NCBI RefSeq assembly: GCF_006345805.1
Contig: NC_042999.1
Coordinates: 165,912,001 to 165,976,000, forward strand
DNA from: Octopus sinensis
Lineage: Eukaryota
DNA: 64,000 bases
Direction of reading: 5' to 3'
Part shown: piece after piece, positions 50,901 through 62,480 of the stretch
Layout: each line of letters begins with the position of its first letter
How positions within the stretch are numbered: position 1 is the stretch's first letter
Notes under the pieces: model-generated
The model's database searches: none
What the model was told of the DNA's origin: nothing
Seen by the model: only the letters and a program-made list of their open reading frames with translations
Program-made: the position numbers and the translations under genes

Positions 50901-53900
50901 CAAATTTGTCCTAGAGAAAAAGGCCACTGTACATAAGAAAAAATCCTTATGAGATGGTATACAAAGAATGAAAACTGCCTCAACAGAGAACTCAATGGCA
51001 ATGAAAAATCCCACAGCATAAATAAGAAAGAGCAAAGAAGCCTGGGTTATAGAAAATATAAAATCTTTAGGTACAAAGGATCTCTTCTAGGAGTCCAAAC
51101 TTATGTCTGTTTGTTCAAAATTATTAAGTAACTAAATTTTCCTGAGAACTATGCTATCCTATCTATACTTTGTTATTTTTTCAGGCGTACTTAGGTTCAA
51201 AAAGATATGTTTATTTTTCTGTACATTTCTAAGAATCTCAAATTGTACCCTCTTCTTGATGGCCTGGGTGCAACAATTCTGAGGGAATCAACATTCTCAG
51301 ACAAACTGAAAACAGTATCTTCTTAAAGCAATTTGTCCCAAATATAGTGAATTTATGTGACTGTATTTATTTAGGGGTTAATGAACCCATAAACCCAGAC
51401 AAGTCTAGGTTCTACTGCTAATATAACACTATGTGACAAGATTACATATGTTTATACATGCATAAAATGGCTATAGATATAATAATTACATTTTATTTTT
51501 AAATAAACAGGGTTTTAAAACAGAAAATGCCTGAAATACAAAACAACAAAAAAAGAACTGAACAGAGCAGCAACAAAATTTACCAAGCGCTCCATTTAAG
51601 TTTTGGAATATCGTTGATTTTGTATCCAATTTAATGTCCCATCGTGTCTATAAGAAGAATAAAATAAAAGAAACTGTTTCATAAGCAATTACAGTGCATA
51701 TAAATATTACAATACAATATATGAACAGAATAACTATCTCATTCCACCACCATGCATCTCCTCCTCGGCCTCTCCTACCCTCCGTCCTTCCACACACTTC
51801 ATCACATGCCTTTAGCACCCCTTCTTTAAAAGACTTCCACAAATCTGGTGAATCAATGCTTACCAACTCCCCAACTCTCTCCTCAAACCTTGCTCTTGTT
51901 TCTTCTTCCTTCACTCTCCACACCTTTCTCCTCTCAACCGTTCCCTTTCTTACACACTTTTTAACTTACCTCTTATCCAAGTCAGCAACCACCAACCTGT
52001 GCTGTGACTCCCCTGGTATTGTCTTCACATCTCTCAGATACTTTCTGTTTTTCATGCCAACCAACATGGAATCAATCTCTCTCTCATTCCCTCCTGCACT
52101 GAAAGTCACCTTCCTTTTCTCCATTTTCTTAAACTATGTATTCACCATACACAACTCTTTCTCATCAGAAAACTCCAACAGCATCCTTCCATCCAAATTT
52201 CTCTCACCAATTCCATTTCCCCCATGCACACCCTCAAAGCCCTGGATCCATTTCGCAACATGTCCATTAAAATCACCCATGCCCAAAACCTTTTGTAAGT
52301 CCTACTCATTTGCCATTTCATCAAATTTCTCAGCGATCCCTCTTCCACTTTGCAAACCCACAGATCACCCTCACCACATCTTCCTCAAATGCTAACACTA
52401 CTGTCATCAGTCTCTCACTCTTCTCCTGACCTCCACCACCTTTCTCACTGATTTCTTCCTTCATGAAAACTCCCACATTTACAGTCCCCCTGTTATTTCC
52501 TGACCACCACAACTTGTACCTTCTTCCCTTGACCCCCACAAATCTTGCACCCTGGCCCCTCCACCTAACCTCCTGCACACAGCACACATCCACCCTGCTC
52601 TTCCTCAATTCCCCTTCCACACAGACTGCCCACATTCCAAATCCCCAACCTCACTCTAAGCTTTTCCTCAGGCCATCGGTCATCATAATCCAAGTCATGC
52701 TTGCACATCCCAGGATGAGGGTTTGCACCTTTCTTTTTCCAGGTAGGCAGATGCAGCCCACCCAACCTTTGGACTGGCTTGTGCCCATTCTCATGAGGCT
52801 TTTTTGTAGCTGGATTTTCTATGGGGAGCATGCCCTTGCTTACCTCCAATCTCAGTCTCTAGACATGAGGGATCCCGAGACCAAGGCCTCTACCATGATT
52901 TTTAAGAAATGTGGTGGAAAACTAGCTCAGGAAGGCAGAGACGCTACTCCGTGTAACCTTTTTCAGAACCCTCTTACTTAAGTCATACTAAAAATTTACA
53001 ACACTGAAATCTCAAAGCTATGAGATATTGTCTGATTAATTCAAAATAATGTGAATAAATAAACATAGCATTTGATCACTCTTTTACTTGTTTCAGTCAT
53101 TTGACTGTGGCCATGCTGGAGCACCACCTTTAATCGAGTAACTCGACCCTGGGACTTATTCTTTTTGTAAGCCCAGTACTTATTCTATCGGTTTCTTTTG
53201 CCGAACCACTAAGTGATTGAGTAATTTGAATGCTAAAAGGTTAAAACAATGATGATATATGAGTATACTTACACGCAGTTCTTTGTTGAGGAATATTTTG
53301 GTATAGTAAAGTTGATCATCTTCTTTATTTCCAATAGGTTTAAAGGTGACAATCTCATAGACGTCCTTGGCAACACCCATAAAACCTTCAATAGACACAA
53401 AAACAAGTAAAGTTAATTTTATTAGTTTCAGATGTTGTTTGAGACGATTGTTACACCTCACTTGCAATCTAGTGTCTATATCTAGGTAAAAATAAAAATA
53501 AAACTCATTTTTATTGCTAACATGACCTAATTGGAGTTAAACTAAAGGCTTCAATGGGGTTAATCTATTGTAGAAAAGTAATACAAGAAAATCCAAAACT
53601 CCTAGTCTCCAGTTACATGGTAGTGATATAAAAAAAAAACACAAAAAAATAAGGTCACCCCCACCCACCCACCACCTTTATTTTCTTCACAAACACTTTG
53701 ATGAGTACAATGGTTGTGAAGTGGAGAAGTGATGAACAACTGAGAATACAATCATGAGATCATAAGTTACTGCTGCCCACAAGTATATGCTTGACTGAGT
53801 GACAAAACAGATTCCATTTCTAATTCATGGTTGAGTGACTGATAGAAAAGGCATCCAGCTGCAAAGATAATTGCCCCCACCAACATCCTCAACATGCTAA

Positions 53901-56900
53901 CATGTCAAAAAAAAAAAAAACAGATGTTAAAATAGGCTTCAAATCTTGTTACAAGAATGCTGACTGGATTTTTATATATGCATTTTGTTGGTTGAAAAAG
54001 AACTTGCTGGTTGATATCAAATTCATTGAGAGACATCTTTTATACCTTTTACTTGTTTTTCTCATTAAATTGCAGCCATGCTGGAGCACTGTCTTGAAGA
54101 AATTTTAGTCAGATGAATTGACCCCAGCACTCATTTCTTTTTTAAAAACCTGGTACATATTCTATTGGTATCTTTTGCCAAACCGCTAAGTTACAGGGAT
54201 GAAAACACACCAACACTGGTTGTCAAGCAATGGTGGGGTACAAACACAAAGACAACACACACACGCATTTATATATGACAGACTTCTGTCAGTTTCCATC
54301 TACTAAATCCACTCACAAGGCTTTGGTCAAGCCTGGGGATATAGTAGAAGACACTTGCCCCAGGGGCAACACAGTGGGACCGAACCTAGAACCATGTGGT
54401 TCAGAAGTAAACTTCTTATCACACAGTTATGCCATAGAAAACCATGCTAATTTTTTAAAACACCTTATTCTAATTTTGAAATAATAAATTATAAAATTTA
54501 TAAAATGAAATATATTTTGAATTTATTTTCATGCTGTAGTGTTTGCATACGAAAATGAATATAATTATAAAGAAAATAATGTTACAACATATAGTGTAAT
54601 ATTTTAGGATGGCCATTCATTTATTTATTTTTTGCCAAAAGTTACGTTTCTTTTATTTCATACACTACAGCATCCAGGACAACTAAATTCACATTGCCAG
54701 TAGTTTTTGAAATCAGGGATTTTGTTTTTATTGGAATAGAATCTCTATATATACAACCACATCATGTGTATGTGGTGTGTGTGCATGTAAGTGTGGTATG
54801 TGTATGTGTGTGTTTGCATGTGCAAGTGATGTTTACACATGTGCATCTCTATGTGTGCACACATGTGCAGAAAGTAACTTGTATTTTCAACTAGACTGTT
54901 GTTGTGTGACTTGTGTAAAAGCCCAACACATAAAATCCTTGAGAATCTCAAGTTGTCAAGTTTAACTCATCAACAACAGAACAATAAAATTCAAGGAAAC
55001 TCAGAGTGACCTGTGTAGTCAAATAAGTAGAATAAATTAGGCCCTTCATTCTTTGAGAAAGGACCCTCATACAACTTTATGAACTTACTTTACTTATTAG
55101 TCAATATATTAATATATTGTTAGTTAATAGGCTTCATGATATGGAATAACTTTGCATGCTCATAAAAACATGGGCACCACTACATGGTCTGTTGGCCTGT
55201 TCAAATATATCAGCTACATGTCCTTCAAACTTTACCCTACACTATCATCTTAAAGGAAAGAAATATTGAATAATATAGTGACAGATGTACTGTATCTGAA
55301 AATAAATTGGAATGATCATAGTCAGAATGCTTTTCACTATAGGTCGTTCGGAGTTGTGGGTTGTAAAGAAAAGATAAATCTAAAGTTTCAGAAGAAATAA
55401 GTCAGGAGATGGCAAATAAAACTGAAAGTTTCATTGGACTAGTGTTTTACTTTAGTACATAAACATATCAGTATATATTTTATAATTTCCACACCTTTTT
55501 CCTAAATGACATCAATCACTGTACTGCATTTGATACCAAACCCTAAACCATTGTGCTTTTACAACACTATTGTCCACTATTTAAGTTTTTCAAGCAGATG
55601 TAGTCCTCTGTTAATCTGGTTTCATATATTTGTAGCAAACTCAAGTAAACTTCCTCTCTCTATTACATATAAATACATACGAACATAGCAGATAACAGCT
55701 AACCCTCAGGCACTGTTCTGGACCCAGTTGTGTCTACCACTCTGATTGGTTGGTGTTGGCGTAATTTGTCTTTTACTATCATGCACCAATATACAACCCA
55801 ACCAATCGCAACCTTCAAATAAGTCACATGAGACAGTCTGTTCAAAACAGCATTTGAGCCTACCATTAGCTATAAAAACTCACCTCCTTCTAGTCTCCAG
55901 ACCTTCTAAGGTCTAACCACTGACCACATTACAGTGACCTCCATTTTCATCGCCACCATCATGTCTCTCACCAACGTTGTCAACATCTCTACACAGTACA
56001 AATACACTGCACTAGTTCTAAGAAATTGCAGTTCGTGAGCTTCTCACCAGGGTTAACAGCTAACATACAACCTGCACAGATGCATTTAGATATATGAATA
56101 AATGTCCAACTACTTCTATTTATCATTCTGATGTGTATATACATGTGGCCACAATAAATGTATTTAAAGTTACAACCTTGTTTAAATATTCTTAATCCGG
56201 GTTTACATTCATTCCTAATTATGATTTGAATCAATATGTAACTCATGAGCAATAGTTCTCAATGTTATCCTAACAGATGTGTTTTCTGTTACTTTATCTA
56301 ATATTTAAGACTAATAAACCACACTCCTTATTCACATGAATCTTGGTTAGCTTTCTTAATTCATTCCTTTCCACTCGTCTGTGTCAATGGTCAGTTGACA
56401 AATACCACTTAGATCTACATCCTAGTTCAAACGTAAAAGGTAAAGACCCCTTCTATCATGAATGGCCATGGGATTGCACCAAGAAAGTTCCCTTCTTAGG
56501 CACAAGTCCGGGCAAGATTGTTTATGGAAGACCAGCAGTCACCCATGCATACCAGCCTCCCCTCTCCACACCACCTATGTTATCCAAGGGAATGGCAAAG
56601 GGGCCAATACAGCTTGGCACCAGTGATGTCGCAACTCATTTTTGCAGCTGAGTGAAGTGGAGCAACGTGAAATAAAGTGTCTTGCTCAAGAACACAACAC
56701 AAAGCCTGGTCCAGGAATCAAACCTATGACCTCATGATTGTGAGCCCAATGCTCTAACCACTGAGCCATATTCCTTCAAATGTATAACACAGTTAACTAA
56801 TGACTATTTAGATTAGTATCAGCAATAGCTAAACACGGATACATTCTACAAATGACTGACCTGTAATACAATCACTAATCAATGACCAACAGTTGTACTA

Positions 56901-59900
56901 TCAGCTAAACAAACTCCCCTTCATGAACTGTAGAACTATCAATAACTGACCAAGTATCACATATTGACCAGCTTTCACATAATGAAAAACTGACCAGTAA
57001 CACACAACCAACAGCTGAGTTAACTGCCACAAAATAGAAAACACAAGAACCCACTGTCTCAACAAAAATTACTAACATCACATTCACATCAACTTTGATA
57101 TTGTTGACAATTATTAATGAAATCTCCTAACAACATAAATAATAAGTGACCGGTATACACCAATTGACAACCATCATCAAAAATATGTTTTAACTTACCT
57201 CCAGAATTTAAGAAGCGCTTCTCAACTCCAGAAACAGCAGGATATTGTTTCTGAAAGAGGAATAAGGTCTCATTTAGAGAGCAAAGTAATAGCATGGTTA
57301 ACAAGGTCATAGTTAACAAGATCATATTGTCAATTTACTAGGGTCAGGAAGATCAAGAGCAGATTAGCAAAAGATGAAATAAAATGAATAATGGCTGATC
57401 AGGTTAAAAGGGATCAACAATTTGAATAAGAAATAAGAGAATCAGCAAAATCCAAAGCAATCGTGCAACACTTATAGAATGAATTAACCACCGTGGTATA
57501 AAACGATATCTAACATTTCTAATCAATAATTCTCATTAACCCACAAAGAATATTAGTTCCTTCCTGGAAACAGATGTGAAGCAACATCATTAATATCAGG
57601 ATATATGAAAAGGAAACCTGGACTCAACAAATAAATATACACTATACACTTGTCAATTAATCAGAATTTTAGCAAAAATAAAATATTGAGGGGAATCATA
57701 GACTCACTACATCTACATTGATAAATGGATAAGGGTCCTGTTGTGAAGGATGAGGATGAAAGGTAACAAAAGAAACTAAAGGCTCACCAAATATATATGC
57801 AATATTTATGTTAACATTATGTCCTGAATTTAACCCTTTAGCATTCAGATTATTCTGTCATATGTAATGCTTATTTATTCACATGAAGAAATCATGCATT
57901 ATCTTCTGGCTTCAAAATTTCAATGGTGTGATTATTTTTAGAATGACATTGCAGGGTAGGTGTGAGATGTTGGATCTAGCTTGTTTGAACATAAAAAAGG
58001 CAGAATATTTGAGCTTGATATAGCTGGTTTAAATTCTAAAGGGTTAAACACTGCCTTGTTCAACTTTGCCTTTCATCCTTTGGGGTCAATAAAATAAGTA
58101 CTTTTCATCCTTTTGGGGGGTCAATGTAATTAACCTACCCCCACTGTACCTAAAAATTGCTGGCCTCATGCCAAAATTTGAAATTAACATTTATGTCAAC
58201 AAATATCAATATGCCCTGTAGATAGAACTGAAGATGGCAGAAGAATCCAAACCTGTGCTTCAAAAGATCCTATTAAGTGACAAAAACTGTTTTCTGCAAC
58301 CTAAAGATTACTTCCCACACAAAGATACAAGGCAGCTGCTTCACTCACAACTTCAGAGACCACCTTTTCCTCACCAACATATTACAATCACCATCCAGCA
58401 GCAGTTCTGTATTCTCCTTATGTCAATTGTACCACTACTTGAACATTTCCAGTTCACATTTGAACAGAAACTATATAAGATACATCTTGCTTCTTTTTGC
58501 CATCTTTATCTCTCTATATATAAACGGCAGTTTGTCTGTGTGTGTTTCTGTGTGTCTGTTAGGTTGTACCCTCACCCTGACCACGGCTTTCAACCGATTC
58601 TGATGAAACTTAACACACACATAGCCCAATGTCATAATTCAAAACTAACGCAGCGAAAATTTTGAAAAGTTCCCCCAGTTCTGAAAAAAATCGATAAATT
58701 CGACATGGGATCGAGAATCAGAAACACAAACCACAGACTGTCTAGGGGACGCAACTCGACCTTTTTAACTAAAAAAAAAATTTACCATCATTTTTTTTTC
58801 CATCTTTTGGCTATAACTCTCTAAAAATGCTTTATAGTTATTTCCCTTACAAACCCGAGCAAAGCCGGGCGATACTGCTAGTTATCTTATAAATCCCACG
58901 AAAAATTTCATCCAATATTTTCTCACAAGAGTAGAAACCCTCAGGAACTCCCTCCTTACCTACATTTTTCATTTCATTAAGTAACAGAAGCTCAGTTTAT
59001 ACATCAACACGACCAATTTGTGATAAGAGCTTTGAAAGGGTTTAGGTATGAAAACCCTCACCATTTTCTACAAATTTATCAATGAAGTTGTCAAAATTAT
59101 CAGCTATTAAATGCAAAAAAGAAGAGTTTATCTAAAATATTTCTAAAGAATGAGAGAGAAGTAGACTAAGACACAATTTTTCTACAAAGTATTATTTTCT
59201 AAATATACCAAGGATTGTTAAAAACGAAAAAAAATTCTTCTTACAGCAAGTGTGTGATCAGGCCAGCAGAACCCTTCAGCAGCAAATACAACACGAGATC
59301 CTAGTTTCTTATATTTACTCAAAATATCTTCCGAGCCATTTGTAAAGACAACATCATAGCTACAATATTAAAAAAAAAATTATTTTTTTTAACTTTTAAG
59401 ACTTGATAAATTCAAATAATTTGCAATTTTCTTTTTATTAATGTTTTTTTGTTTTCTTATTTTTTCATTCTTATCTCTGACTAGTTTCATACAAGAATAA
59501 ATTGTTATTTTAGTTGTTCAAATGATTTTTTGATGGTTTGGTTTAGCTTTTAGCCAACTTGTATGCATCACATCAATCATGGTGTTTTCAACTGTGAACT
59601 ATACATTCTATTTGGGAGGCTAAATGTATGCTATCACTATGCCAACCTGATTGAACTGAATGATACTGTTATGGAAATTTAGTAATCTGCAACATTTTAA
59701 TGAAAGAATTTACTAATTTTAATTTTTTTCCCCCCCTTTTTTTTCTTAGAGCAAAATACCATTTTTACTTCTAACAAGTAATAACATCCTCAACACAACA
59801 TGTGTGGAATATATTCTGAATTACGACTTTCAAAAGATCTGAAAGGTTGAAAACTCAATTCTAATTCACAAAAATACTGATAATCATCAATATTATGATA

Positions 59901-59939
59901 ATCATCACTTTCATTATATCGATCATTACCATTACTACC

Positions 59940-59989
<50 letters not shown>

Positions 59990-62443
59990 CATCATCATCA
60001 TCATCATCATCACAACTGTACTAATGACTGTTACTATCATCATCATCATCATAAATGCAATGATGAGTATAAAGATGATGATGTTTTCACTCCATTATGG
60101 ATTTGATTTTCCTTTAAATTGCGTACGCACAAATATCTGCATAGACATACAATTATCTAAGCCTGCATGAAGAGAGACAATATAAAGGGGAAGGATACAG
60201 TAAAAATATGAGGTGAGGGAGAAAAGAGAAAAGTTAATTAAAAATCAAAGTGATTACTTACCTGTCAGTAAACATGATAATTAAGTCTTTTCTGTCAGAA
60301 TACTGTTTCAATTCATCCTTCAAAAGATTTATCTTATGTCCACCACCCACACCCATGTCCATGTCACCACCCTCCCATTTCATGCCCATACCAACAACCT
60401 ACAAAAAATGAAAAAACAAAGTAAATACATACAATATACAACAATGATATTCAAATACATTGATACACATATGATACACTATGAAAGGTGCTGAATAAAG
60501 TGAATGAATGGGATAAAGAGAGTCTGCCGAATGTCGACCCAACAGAGGGACCAGCTATCTGAGTTGACAGTTCCTTGGTAGTTAGGGCAATTAGAAGCAT
60601 GAAGACAGGGAAAGCCCCAGGCCCATCAGGAATTACTGCAGAGATGCTCAAAATATCTGCTCAAAATGAAGCCAGTATGCTCCGATGGACGTGTAATGTC
60701 AGTGTTCATACTCGACAGAGTGTAAGTACCTTGAGAGAAAAGTTGGACCTAAGAAGCATCAGTTGTGGTGTGCAAGAGAGACGTTTGCGCTGGTATGGTC
60801 ATGTGATGAGAATGGATGTTCTAACTAAAATACATGGTAAGACCCCCATCTGTAAGTAATGACCATGGATGAAGGCCCAAGTTGTCTGTCCCACTGGAAC
60901 AGTCCAATGAGCAGATGACAGTCTCTGCCACTCGAGCAGCACTTGTGAGCTGTCCCGATGCTGTTTTGAGTTGTAATGTTCTCTCCAGTAAAAGGCATTT
61001 GATAGGACCAAAGTCTAGGCAGTATGGTATGGAGGAAAGTTGTCCCCCTTCCCTACATCACTGATAGAGCCAAACAAACAGCTTTGCCATTACTACTTGA
61101 TACCATCATCACAAGAGTTACCAGAATGAGGCTGCAGACAATGTCAAACTGCCTCACAGGCTCCAATTCATGATTTTCCCTCAGGGTTTACTCCTGAAGC
61201 TTTTCCCATGGCTGAGTATGGAATCCAGGTTTTCCTTACCCTTGATGGGTTACCACCTCACCATACTAAGCTCTACCTGCCCAAACTAAAACACATAAAC
61301 AAATGCATCTTTATGTATGTAAGTGTGCTTACATATAATTACAATAAAACTAATAAAATAAGGCCTTTTATTATTACATGACGTAAAAAGCACCATCTGA
61401 ATGTGGTCAGTGCCAGGTCCACCTGACTGGCTCCAGTGTTGGTGGTACATAAAAAGTACCATCCAAACGTGGCCAATACCTATTTCTTTACTGCCCACAA
61501 GGGGCTAAACACAGAGAGGACAAACAAGGACAGACAAACGGATTAAGTTGATTATATCGACCCCAGTGCATAACTGGTACTTAATTTATCGACCCCCGAA
61601 AGGATGAAAGGCAAAGTCGACCTCGGCAGAATTTGAACGCATTTCGCCCGGCGTGCTAACGATTCTGCCAGCTCGCCAATACCAGTACCCACTGACTGGC
61701 TCCCGTGCCAGTGGCACGTAAAAAGCAGTATCCAAACATGATTGATGCCAGGGCTGCCTGACTGGCTCTCATGTCAGTGGCACATAAAAAGCACTATCCA
61801 AACGTGATCAATGCCAGCCCTGTATGACTGGCCCTCATGCTGGTGGCACGCAAAAAGCACCCACTACACTCTCGGAGTGGTTGGCGTTAGGAAGGGCATC
61901 CAGCTGTAGAAACATTGCCAAATCAGGTTGGAGCCTGATGCAGCCACTGGCTCTCCAGACCTCAGTCAAACCATCCAACTCATGCTAACATGGAAAACGG
62001 ACATTAAACGATGATGAACTAATGGAATGTGTAATTGTAAACCACAAAAATGTCCCCTGGATAACCAATGTCTCCAGAAGAATATAATATATAAGTACTT
62101 GGTCAAAACCCCGGAGAGTGTCCATTATTACATAGACACTACAGCTTCAAAATTCAAGACCAAAATTACATAACCACATTCGTTCTTTTAAATACAAAAG
62201 AAAACTGCATTTCAATAGCCAAGTTCATCTGGGACCTCAAAGGGAAGAACAGAAGCCACTTAATTTCATGGTCTATTATAGGTAGTGCTCTGAAGAGAAT
62301 GGTTGAAAGTTAACAGTTCCATTGAATGATTGATAAATTATGATTACGCATACAATCCATTGTATAGTAAGGAAATAATTCCTCAGGTTATTCAAAACAT
62401 TCCAACAGTACATAAAGTAAGAACATAATACAATTCTTCATTT

Positions 62444-62480
<37 letters not shown>

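Noticed and set aside
52810-52900. HDV-like ribozyme in the RTE 5' UTR (GGTCTC/GAGACT pairing on minus strand)
   Set aside because: A P1-like helix is present, but there is no room for P2 and the L3-like loop is too long; would need the family consensus.
59861-60170. Poly-Ile/Met ORFs and similar YIYI/THTH ORFs elsewhere
   Set aside because: Translations of microsatellites.
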